Both the position numbers and the translations under genes were made by a program. Shown here in pieces: positions 10,607 to 19,652 of a DNA stretch of 64,000 nt. The notes beneath the pieces were generated by a model. It ran no database searches, had not been told where the DNA came from, and worked only from the letters and a program-made list of their open reading frames with translations. Each line of letters begins with the position of its first letter. Within the stretch, counting starts at the first letter, position 1. The stretch is taken from the NCBI GenBank assembly GCA_949289125.1, contig CASEME010000010.1, forward strand, positions 38,700 through 102,699. The letters run 5' to 3'. Source of the DNA: an uncultured Eubacteriales bacterium. Its GTDB lineage: Bacteria; Bacillota; Clostridia; Christensenellales; CAG-314.

Positions 10607-11758
10607 ATGGCTAATCTGTTAATTGCTCACGGCGGAGGTCCTACGGCGGTTATCAACGCATCTCTTGCAGGTGCTATAGAGCAAGCACGCAAAGCAGGCT
10701 TTAAGGGCAAGATACTGGCACCACGTTTTGGCAGTACAGGACTACTTAACGAGGACTTTATTGACCTTACCGACATCACCGACACACAGTTGAAATTGCT
10801 GAAGTGCACCCCCGGTTCGGCAATCGGTACTTCCCGACACCCGTTGGAAGAACCCGAATACCGCAAGATAGTTGCCAATCTCAACAAGCACGACATCACA
10901 TACGTGCTGTTTACAGGTGGCAACGGCTCTATGGACACCATAGGCAATATTTACAAATACCGTCAAGGCGAGCTGTACTGCGCAGGTATCCCCAAGACAG
11001 TGGACAACGACATTGCAGTGACCGACCACGCCCCGGGATATGCCAGCAATGCAAAATACATGGCAAGGACAGTATTTGACTGCGCAAAGGACGTAATGGG
11101 ACTGCCTATACACGTATCAGTAATAGAGGCTATGGGACGCAATACAGGTTGGTTGACAGCGGCAAGCGCACTTGCACGCACACGTGACAGCGTAGCACCA
11201 CACATATTGTGCTTCCCCGAAATACCCTTTGACGACAACAAATTTTTGTCCGATGTGGAAAAAGCTCGCAAAAAGTACGGCGGAGTAATAGTAGTAGCCA
11301 GCGAAGGCTTAAAATACGCCGACGGCACACCTATCGTACCGCCCACATTGACAGTAGGCAGAGCTACATACTTTGGCGACGTATCGGCACACCTTGCAAC
11401 GCTTATACAAAAAAATCTTGGTATCAAGGCACGCAGTGAAAAGCCCGGACTTATCGGTAGATGTTGCAGTGAATTGACAAGTAGCGTAGACGTACAAGAA
11501 GCCGTACTTATGGGCGCAACAGCTTGTCAGGCAGTACTCGACAAGCAAAACGGCGTAATGGCAGGTCTTGAACGAGTATCCACCAAGCCTTATGTAGTAC
11601 GTCCGATACTTATCCCCATTGAGCAAGTAATGTTGACAGAAAAGACATTGCCCAGAGAATTTATCAACAAAGAGGGCAACGACGTCACCAAAGCATTTAT
11701 AGAGTGGGCAAGACCGCTTGTAGGCAAAATGCCCAAACAATTCAGCTACATGAAGTAA
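10607..11758 (+). CDS. pfkA: PfkA-family 6-phosphofructokinase paralog (PPi-PFK-like clade, ATP-type Gly signature)
   Basis: GGGPTAVINAS, GTSR, GGNGSMDT, PKTVDND, EAMGRNTGWL, SEG. Confidence 0.88.
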   Translation: MANLLIAHGGGPTAVINASLAGAIEQARKAGFKGKILAPRFGSTGLLNEDFIDLTDITDTQLKLLKCTPGSAIGTSRHPLEEPEYRKIVANLNKHDITYVLFTGGNGSMDTIGNIYKYRQGELYCAGIPKTVDNDIAVTDHAPGYASNAKYMARTVFDCAKDVMGLPIHVSVIEAMGRNTGWLTAASALARTRDSVAPHILCFPEIPFDDNKFLSDVEKARKKYGGVIVVASEGLKYADGTPIVPPTLTVGRATYFGDVSAHLATLIQKNLGIKARSEKPGLIGRCCSELTSSVDVQEAVLMGATACQAVLDKQNGVMAGLERVSTKPYVVRPILIPIEQVMLTEKTLPREFINKEGNDVTKAFIEWARPLVGKMPKQFSYMK

Positions 11759-11840
11759 CAACACTATTGACACTACACACTACGGCGGACCAAGGTACAC
11801 CACCTTTCCGCCGTAAATAATAACAACAAGGAGATAAATT

Positions 11841-12944
11841 ATGAGATTGTACACCAATGCAACTGCGCTGATTGACGGCGAGTTGGTACTTACAGACATA
11901 TTGACAGATAAAGGCAAAATAACAAAAATAGGCAAAAAGATAAAGTGCCCACAAGGTGCCGAAGTGTTGGACTATACAGGCAAATACATACTGCCTGCGC
12001 TTATCGACATACACACGCACGGCGCAGACGGCTACGACTTCAACTTGGCGTCGTTGGAACAGATGCTCAAAGTAATAGACTTTTACCGTAAGCACGGAGT
12101 AGGTAGCGTGTTGCCCACAGTTATGACGGACACGGACGAAACAATGTGCAATCAGTTAGCAACGGTAGCGCAACTTGCAAAACTTTGCTCCGAAGTAAAA
12201 GGCATACACTTGGAAGGACCTTTTCTTGCGCCCGACTACAAAGGTGCAATGCCCTTAGAACTGTTGCAACTGCCCTCTGTAGAGAAGTTTAAGATGTATC
12301 AAAAGGCAGCCAACGGGCTTATAAAAGTAGTGACAATATCGCCCGAACTGAAAGGCGCACAACAATTTGCAAAAGAAGTGTCGGCAATGGGCGTTGTAGT
12401 GTCACTTGGACACAGTGGCGCAGAGTATGAGGAAGCCAATGCCTGCGTCAAGGCAGGCGCAAAGAGCTTTACGCACACGTTCAATGCAATGAAACTGCCC
12501 CACCAACATCACGCCAACATAGGCGGTTGCGCTATGCTGTCCGACAACTACTGCGAACTTATCTGCGACGGCAGACACGTTTGCCCCGATATGGTGCGCT
12601 TTATGCTCAAGATGAAAGGCATTGAGCGCATAGTGTTGGTAACAGACAGTATGATGGCAGCAGGTCTGCCCGACGGTCAGTACAAATTAGGCGTCAACAA
12701 CGTAACAGTAAAAGAGGGTGACGCATTGATAACTGAAACAGGCGTAAGAGCAGGCAGTACTTTGACTGCCGACAATGCTTTTGCCAACTTTGTGCAGTTT
12801 ACAGATTTGCCCGTCAATGTAGCAATAAAAGCAATGACGGAAAACCCTGCAAAGCTACTTGGCATTTACGACCGTTGCGGTAGTATTGCCGAAGGCAAAG
12901 ACGCAGACTTTCTTGTGTTGGACGCATCGCATCTCGGCAAGTAG
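11841..12944 (+). CDS. nagA: N-acetylglucosamine-6-phosphate deacetylase family protein
   Basis: IDIHTHG, HLEGPF, LGHS, HTFNAM, DGRHV, LVTDSM, NPA, G.IAEGKDAD. Confidence 0.93.
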   Translation: MRLYTNATALIDGELVLTDILTDKGKITKIGKKIKCPQGAEVLDYTGKYILPALIDIHTHGADGYDFNLASLEQMLKVIDFYRKHGVGSVLPTVMTDTDETMCNQLATVAQLAKLCSEVKGIHLEGPFLAPDYKGAMPLELLQLPSVEKFKMYQKAANGLIKVVTISPELKGAQQFAKEVSAMGVVVSLGHSGAEYEEANACVKAGAKSFTHTFNAMKLPHQHHANIGGCAMLSDNYCELICDGRHVCPDMVRFMLKMKGIERIVLVTDSMMAAGLPDGQYKLGVNNVTVKEGDALITETGVRAGSTLTADNAFANFVQFTDLPVNVAIKAMTENPAKLLGIYDRCGSIAEGKDADFLVLDASHLGK

Positions 12945-13279
12945 TCAATGGACTTATACACAGTAAGCAAATGGCAAAACACACAAACAGCATTGCGCAT
13001 TGTTAATTGTAAACAGAAGGCAAACAATAAGCACAACACATAGTCTTTTGCAACATTGTATTGGACAGTACTCTACACGATAGCTTGGCTACACTGCTAA
13101 TTGGTGCACATAACCATATAACAACAATTACAAAATATAATACCGACATAGCGCTATCACTATGTCGGTATTTGTTTTGTCTATCACTATTACAAAGCCA
13201 TTGTACAAAATGTTATTATCCCACACTGTTGCAACTGCTATGCACTTTTGCTATCAGCAATGTAATTTTTGTCGAGTAC

Positions 13280-13528
13280 TTAGTTTGTATCGTGTTGCTC
13301 TTGGTCACTGTTTTGTTGTGTGTTATCTGTTGTATTGCTATCAACAGGTTTCTTTTGGTCGGGCAAAAATATGGCAAGAAATATTGCTATCCAAAGCGTA
13401 CAGTTGACTATGTCCGAAACAGTGTGAAAAGCATAATTACGAGTTGCGAAGTATGCAATACTAAAAGCAATATCTACAACTAACAGCAGTATTGCCACAA
13501 TTTTCATAATAAATTTTGCCTTTTTCAT
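13280..13528 (-). CDS. Small 2-TM membrane protein, hypothetical
   Basis: RBS AGAGGG, two hydrophobic helices and a polar tail. Confidence 0.6.
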   Translation of the reverse strand: MKKAKFIMKIVAILLLVVDIAFSIAYFATRNYAFHTVSDIVNCTLWIAIFLAIFLPDQKKPVDSNTTDNTQQNSDQEQHDTN

Positions 13529-13768
13529 AACTTATCCCCTCTTATAGTAATAATACCAACTATATGCAAAACATTATATTTTCATCGTTATTATAAAATT
13601 TGATTACCTTACTGTCAATACTAAAGTTTTGCTACGCACAGTTAAACATAGCAAAAAACATTATAAATATTGCTGTTTTTATCTTTCATCAGCAAATATT
13701 CATACACAAAAGCGGTCTACAAAATGTGATAAAATACAAAATATGTCAGGCATTTGCAACAAATTCAC

Positions 13769-13952
13769 TTTTCCACAACGATATTTTACTTTTGGACAAC
13801 TTTTAGCTTTATTTTGGCATATACTATGCCTCAAATACCCTCATTTTGTGGATAACTATACACTTATCCACAGAGTTATCCACAATTAACGAAAAAATTG
13901 TGCAAATGTTTTCAGTAACAGTTGCTTGACTTTTACCATTGATTGTGCATAA
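13769..13952. promoter_or_regulatory. DnaA-box cluster outside oriC
   Basis: Perfect boxes TGTGGATAA (13847-13855), TTATCCACA (13864-13872) and TTATCCACA (13876-13884). One-mismatch boxes at 13769-13777 and 13944-13952. Confidence 0.85.
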
Positions 13953-14292
13953 CTTCATTTTTGCGTGTTTTTTGAGCTGTTTGTGCGCAAAACAAAACGC
14001 ACTTTTTTTCACGAGATTTACTTGTGGTCAAAAGTGCGTCTATTTTTGTTAAAAAGTAATTGTTGTGGCAATATCTTTGCCGTATTGGCAACAACTATAC
14101 CGTATGCAACTACTACACTGATTGTTACAAAATATAGTTGTTATTCTGCTGTAAGTTTTGCAACCGACATTTTAGCTGAGGCAATCAACATACTGCTACA
14201 CAAGCAATCGGTCGCGACTGCTACAATGTCGTTGTCGTGGTTTTCGCTTGGCGCACCAATATGCCACTTATAAGCAAGCTACACTATTGCAA

Positions 14293-15567
14293 TTACTTTT
14301 TGAGTATCTTGTACATATTGCGTTTGTAGTTTTCTACGCCGTCCTGATTGAAAGGATTGACGTGTATATAGTTGGCTGACATATACACTGCAAACAGGAA
14401 GAAGTAATACAATTCGCCCAACAACTCCTCTGTAGGTTCGGGGCATACAAATTCCATACAGGGCACACCGTCATTGTAATGCGCCGAAAAACTGCCGTCA
14501 TACACTGCCTGATTGACTTTGTCGTACTGCATACCGTTGAGGTAATCAAAGCCGTCCTGCTCGTCCGACTGCGGTATCACTACCTTAGTAGGCTTAAAGC
14601 ACTTCAAGTACGTTTCCATAATAAAGCGTCTGCCTTGCTGAACGTACTGACCTATTGCGTGCAAATCTTCGCTGAAACAGTAGTAGTCGGGATAGATGCA
14701 CTCTTGTATCTTACCTTCGGTCTCGCCAAACTCCTGCAACCACCAACGCGCAAAGTGCTCGAGTTCGGGTTCAAACACAACCATACTTTCCACCTGAAAA
14801 CCTTTGCGGAAAAGCAAATTGCGCGCCACAGCGTATCTTACGGCAGGGTTTTTGTCTATTGGCATAGATTTGAGCAGTTGTTCTGTTTTGCGTGCGCTCT
14901 CTACAAGTTTGTCAATGTCTATACCAGCAACAGCCGCAGGCAACAGACCTACAGGCGTCAACATACAGTATCTGCCGCCTACTTCCTCAGGGAAAGGCAG
15001 GAAAGTGTAGCCGTATTTGTCTGCCATCTCTTTGAGGTTGTCGTGCGTTACACTGCCGCATACCGTCACACGGTCAACATACTTGTCGCCATAACGCTGT
15101 TTGAGATACTGACGGAACATACGGAAAGTAAGCCCTGGCTCTATTGTGCGGAAGTCTTTTGCAATGACGTCTATTGCCACGCTTCTGCCACCTATCTTGT
15201 CAAACACACGTTGCAAAGCCGTTGCCGACAAATTGTTGCCCGCCCAGATAATTTCCGGACAATCGGGATGGTCGTACTTAAAGCACTCCACAGCAGCAAG
15301 TGAGCCTCTATTACTACCGCCTATGCCAATTACTACCAATACTTCGGCTTGTTTTGCTATTTTGCGAGCTACTTGTTTAATTTTGGCTAACATACTGTCG
15401 TTGGCATTGTTGTCCACCACAAACCAACCTTTGCGGTCTACATCGCCGTACTTGCACTGATAACTGTCCTCAAACAACTGCTTGTTTTTCAAAATTTCGT
15501 TAGTTATTTCCTGAGACGTAACGTATTTGTCTATATACTTTTCGTTAAATTGCAATTTTAGCTTCAT
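14293..15567 (-). CDS. pgi: Glucose-6-phosphate isomerase family paralog (altered phosphate site)
   Basis: IGIGGS, VGGRY, GETEGK, DLHAIGQ, NPFNQDGVENYK. The canonical SKSGTT reads AKDFRT. Confidence 0.88.
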   Translation of the reverse strand: MKLKLQFNEKYIDKYVTSQEITNEILKNKQLFEDSYQCKYGDVDRKGWFVVDNNANDSMLAKIKQVARKIAKQAEVLVVIGIGGSNRGSLAAVECFKYDHPDCPEIIWAGNNLSATALQRVFDKIGGRSVAIDVIAKDFRTIEPGLTFRMFRQYLKQRYGDKYVDRVTVCGSVTHDNLKEMADKYGYTFLPFPEEVGGRYCMLTPVGLLPAAVAGIDIDKLVESARKTEQLLKSMPIDKNPAVRYAVARNLLFRKGFQVESMVVFEPELEHFARWWLQEFGETEGKIQECIYPDYYCFSEDLHAIGQYVQQGRRFIMETYLKCFKPTKVVIPQSDEQDGFDYLNGMQYDKVNQAVYDGSFSAHYNDGVPCMEFVCPEPTEELLGELYYFFLFAVYMSANYIHVNPFNQDGVENYKRNMYKILKK

Positions 15568-15640
15568 AATGAATATCCTTCTTTGACAAAGTTTGTTATT
15601 TGTTTTGGCTTATTAACAATATCAAGCATGTCTATTGTTG

Positions 15641-17497
15641 CTATTGTTTTTCAAATACTGCACTTATCCAATAATAATTACCTTTTTGTGTCACACATCG
15701 TGCGTACAAAAATTTGTCTACATTGAGATTTTCAAATACCTTATTTATATAATAGCTATCAATATCTTCGTGCCTTACAACACCTTGTTGATTGACAAAC
15801 TCAATATAGCGTATCTGTTCGGGCGAAACAAGTTGTACATGACAGTTTACTGTCTTTTGTGCATAACTGCCTAACAAGTGCTGTCCATCAACTTTGTAGT
15901 TGAGTGCAAAGCGTGTATGAGTGGTAGCAACAGTTTGTCTGTTGTACAGTGCGTCAAATAGGTGTGTACGGTCGTTATTTTCGCAAAATACGCCTGTCAA
16001 TCCACCGTAAGCAGGATTGCCGTCGTGTCCGTCACTGGACGCCGTAAAACTCCACTGCTTGCCACGTCTTAAAAAATCTCTTACCGTATTGTCTTTGACA
16101 TTTCGCCTTGCTTTCAGCACCATTGGCGAGCTGTCGCACTCAAATATTCCCCATTGAGTGGAAAAAACCTCGCAGTTGCGCTCGTTGTCACAACTATTTT
16201 CCCAATTTGCAAGGTCAAAGCCGCTATTAGCCTTGTCCTGTCCGTCAAGATTAGGTCTGCCGTTGCAATATCTGTGTAAGTGTGGCATTGTGAGAAAACG
16301 TTGTCCACGGTAAAAGTCCCACACGCCCCATATACTGTTGACGCCTTGGGGGTAGTCCACTTCACTCAACGAACGGTCAAACACACATACCGTGTCGCCG
16401 CGCTTTTCGTGTATTTCAAAGCCCGACAGCACAGTAAACTCTCCGTTCACATTGGCTTTGTCGGCGTTTTGGGCAATTTTGTCCCAGACCTCTTTGGTCA
16501 CATTGACTGTTGCATTGTCGTCAAAACAAAATGTCTGTTCTACAAGACACACAAAGTCCGAGTGTTGCACGTCTTTGGCATAGCGATAACATTCGCTTGG
16601 ATATGCGCCACCGTCGTTATCCCTTATGTTGGGCGTAAGGTTGCTATGCACATGAGTATCGCCCCAAAGCATACGAATAGCGTCACTTTGACACAATACA
16701 GCAGCAACTTCACATTTCAAACATCCTGCTTTTGCTACAATATGATACATACCTTCCTGTAGCACCAACGTTTTGCCTTGACAATACTTGCCGCAGTCAG
16801 TTTTTTCGCCTGTAACCAAATTGTGCGTATATATAGTTATATTGTCAGTTTGGATATTGACAGGATTGTTGAAGCGATCTGTAGCAACAATATTGACCGC
16901 AAAAGGCGTGTCGGGGCGAACATTGTTGTTGCAATATACTTTTACCATGCTTGCGCGCTCGGGCACTACTTCTATATCGTGCAAAGCGTTGACTTGTACA
17001 AAATCTTGCCCGTCTACCGAATACTCCACTTTGTAGTGGTAAAAGCTGTCCGTTTTGTTGGCAAACTGACCTGCACGCGAGGGCGGACACTCTCCCTCAA
17101 CAAAGGGACGGTCAATACCACCAAAATTTACTGTAAAGTACTGACCTTTTTTTAACGAACTAAACACAGTTGCCGTAACTATGCGGTTGCTGTCCGACCA
17201 GTTGAGTACGTGACTGAATTTGCTCTCCACTTTGCTGACAACGGTATCCACGCTTACGCTTTCGTCACAACCTATGGCGTACACATAGTTGGGCTTCCAA
17301 TAGTCGTATGTCTGCAAATATTCCTCACTGCGCTGATGTTGGTAGGCAGGTACAGTTATCCTTACCTTTGTCAAGGGCGGCAAAGCAGTATTGGCAACTA
17401 CTTTGAGATGCCATTCCAATTCTCCGTTGACTTTTACCATTTTAGGGCTTTGCGCAACAAATTTTAATTGTTTTGTCGACGTTGTGTACTTTCTCAT
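15641..17497 (-). CDS. DUF3604-like / PHP-fold metallohydrolase
   Basis: WGDTHVHS, GFE, PHLH, EVFS and ASSDGH metal-ligand motifs in the C-terminal half. No signal peptide. Confidence 0.75.
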   Translation of the reverse strand: MRKYTTSTKQLKFVAQSPKMVKVNGELEWHLKVVANTALPPLTKVRITVPAYQHQRSEEYLQTYDYWKPNYVYAIGCDESVSVDTVVSKVESKFSHVLNWSDSNRIVTATVFSSLKKGQYFTVNFGGIDRPFVEGECPPSRAGQFANKTDSFYHYKVEYSVDGQDFVQVNALHDIEVVPERASMVKVYCNNNVRPDTPFAVNIVATDRFNNPVNIQTDNITIYTHNLVTGEKTDCGKYCQGKTLVLQEGMYHIVAKAGCLKCEVAAVLCQSDAIRMLWGDTHVHSNLTPNIRDNDGGAYPSECYRYAKDVQHSDFVCLVEQTFCFDDNATVNVTKEVWDKIAQNADKANVNGEFTVLSGFEIHEKRGDTVCVFDRSLSEVDYPQGVNSIWGVWDFYRGQRFLTMPHLHRYCNGRPNLDGQDKANSGFDLANWENSCDNERNCEVFSTQWGIFECDSSPMVLKARRNVKDNTVRDFLRRGKQWSFTASSDGHDGNPAYGGLTGVFCENNDRTHLFDALYNRQTVATTHTRFALNYKVDGQHLLGSYAQKTVNCHVQLVSPEQIRYIEFVNQQGVVRHEDIDSYYINKVFENLNVDKFLYARCVTQKGNYYWISAVFEKQ

Positions 17498-17531
17498 AGT
17501 TATATTCCTTATTAAATGGTCACGCTCTTAA

Positions 17532-17587
17532 GTACTTTTCTCCTTAACACCCTGCCGCAACAACGGCAGGGTGCGTAAGAGGGAAAA
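17532..17587. other. Strong intercistronic hairpin
   Basis: CACCCTGCCG-caacaa-CGGCAGGGTG with an extended imperfect stem. Confidence 0.6.
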
Positions 17588-17623
17588 CAGACGACGAGCA
17601 ACATACAGCTCGTGCTACGCCGT

Positions 17624-18436
17624 CTATATGGCTTGTGTAATTTCTTCGTGCGTATACACTATTATATCATTGTGCAACTGTATTGCAGTTGACGGATAGT
17701 TGCCGCTGGGTTGTTCGCATACGGCACGTTTGACAGCCGTATTGTGCCAATCACGGAAGCAATACACACGCAGTTTTTTGGCGGTGAGCATTTCTTTGAG
17801 TCCCAGTGTTATTCCTTGAAGGGGAACTTCACACACCGCACCTTTGTAATTGTTGATTGCGCAGATAACTCTTGTCTCTGTGGATATATCGAGTATCCTT
17901 GTTGTTGCTTGCTGCAAATATTTGTCTATAGGCAAATTGAGCTGCTCGTTCATACCTATGTGTCCGTTGATGCCAATACCTGCAACGCAAAGGTCTATTT
18001 TGCCCAGACTTTGAAGTTTTTTGGGCAATTCCATTACGTTGGCAGCGTGCGGTTTGAGCCTGTGGTCTTGCGGTGGAGCAAGCTCGGGCAACAATCTGTT
18101 GTACAACAAATCGTCTATTTTGCGCGACAAACTGAGTCTATGTTCGTATGGCAATTCCTTGCCGTCCTCTATATATTCATCCATAAGCGCAAAATAACAG
18201 TTTTTGAGCGACAGACCTGTCTTGTTGACATATTCGGCAAAGATAGGATACTGCCCTGTCGGTCCTATCGGTATTACCATGACGGTTATGTCGCCTCGAC
18301 TGTTGTTTTGTTCTACCGTGTGCGCCATATCCATAGCACACTGAGTAAATACGTCTTGCGCTGTTGCGAGTACTTCTACAGGGACTTTTGCATTTTTCAA
18401 CAACTCCTGCTTGTCATAGTAGATGTAATCTCTCAT
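17624..18436 (-). CDS. nagB: Glucosamine-6-phosphate deaminase (NagB)-like protein, copy 2
   Basis: MDEY, GIGINGHIGMNE, ITLGLKEM, YPSTAIQLH. P-loop reads PIGPTGQY. Confidence 0.8.
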   Translation of the reverse strand: MRDYIYYDKQELLKNAKVPVEVLATAQDVFTQCAMDMAHTVEQNNSRGDITVMVIPIGPTGQYPIFAEYVNKTGLSLKNCYFALMDEYIEDGKELPYEHRLSLSRKIDDLLYNRLLPELAPPQDHRLKPHAANVMELPKKLQSLGKIDLCVAGIGINGHIGMNEQLNLPIDKYLQQATTRILDISTETRVICAINNYKGAVCEVPLQGITLGLKEMLTAKKLRVYCFRDWHNTAVKRAVCEQPSGNYPSTAIQLHNDIIVYTHEEITQAI

Positions 18437-18503
18437 ATTGTCCTCATTAGTGACAAGGGGCAGCCCGTCTTGCGAGCCAACCCCTGTGTCTGTAATTGCT
18501 TAA

Positions 18504-19523
18504 TTATTTTGCGTTGGTCGTTTTGATTAGTTGGATAGCCTCTTTCATAAGATCAAACATGATGTAGTTTTCAAGAGGAACTTTTTCGGTGATTGTGCCG
18601 GCAGCCAAGAAAGCGTCTTGCTGAACTTGGAATTTTTCTGCCATCCAACCATTGTTGAGGTCACGTTCGTACTCTTCCAAAGTCTTGAGCTGTGCTTGAC
18701 CTTTCAAAGGTTTAACAACTTCTACGTCAACTTCCAAGAAGTCTGCGCACCATTTGATAACTTGGTCTTCGTTCTTAGCCCAGTAGTCGATGGATTCAAT
18801 CAAAGCTGCAACAAATCTAACAACTTCTTCTTTGTGAGCTGCATAGTAGTCGGGAGTAACTAACCATGTGGAGATAGATGCCAAAGAGTCAAAGTCACCG
18901 GTTGAAGCAAGTACTACTGCATTGTCGCCCAATTGATCTTTGATGTTGAGTTTGTATTGTTCCCAAACGCAAACTGCGTCTACTTGACCTGTGCTCATTG
19001 CGATAACACAGTTACCCATATCCATATTGATAACGTTGACTTGGTCAGGACCTGTGCCCTTTTCAAGGCCGGCTGCTTCCAAAGCTGCGTTGACGCAGTC
19101 TTCACCGGTTGTACCAAGTGTGGTAGCAAGCGTCTTGCCTTTCAAGTCTTCCATGGTTTCAATGCCCTTGGACTTGTCGGCAATGATTTCTTCAGAGTCG
19201 CCCAACTTGTCGTATGCGATAATGTTGACCTGACCTTTTACTGCAAGGTTAGCTGCACCGTTGCCGATGTAACCGTATTGAAGGTCACCGGAGCCCATTG
19301 CTGCTACTTCGGACGGACCGGATGTAAAGCCAACGGGTTCTATCTGCAAGCCGTACTTCTCAAAGAAGCCCTGTTTCATACCGGTAACGATAGTACCTGC
19401 GCCACCATAGTTGGTGTGATATGCTACTTTGAGTTTGCCGGTGTTGTTACATGCAGCAAACAAAACTACCGTAGATACAAGCATAACAACTGCAAGTATC
19501 AAAGCAAACATTTTTCTTTTCAT
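18504..19523 (-). CDS. NitT/TauT (SsuA/TauA-like) ABC substrate-binding lipoprotein
   Basis: FAAC lipobox, GFFEKYGL, FTSGPSE..AMGSG, DLKGKT, GQVDAVCVWE. Confidence 0.88.
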   Translation of the reverse strand: MKRKMFALILAVVMLVSTVVLFAACNNTGKLKVAYHTNYGGAGTIVTGMKQGFFEKYGLQIEPVGFTSGPSEVAAMGSGDLQYGYIGNGAANLAVKGQVNIIAYDKLGDSEEIIADKSKGIETMEDLKGKTLATTLGTTGEDCVNAALEAAGLEKGTGPDQVNVINMDMGNCVIAMSTGQVDAVCVWEQYKLNIKDQLGDNAVVLASTGDFDSLASISTWLVTPDYYAAHKEEVVRFVAALIESIDYWAKNEDQVIKWCADFLEVDVEVVKPLKGQAQLKTLEEYERDLNNGWMAEKFQVQQDAFLAAGTITEKVPLENYIMFDLMKEAIQLIKTTNAK

Positions 19524-19652
19524 AATTTACCTCCTAAAAATTTTACGGTGTGCGAAACCGTAGAGTTCGTAATTAAATTCGGTGGATATACGCCGTGTCG
19601 TGCTACAACTCTATTCAACACGGCGTTGCACCGTATAGTACTGCAAGACAGC

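Noticed and set aside
13769-13952. DnaA-box cluster as the actual oriC
   Set aside because: Genes between 14 and 37 kb (gltX, pgm, dnaA) still point leftwards, and the DnaA-trio module lies in front of dnaN.
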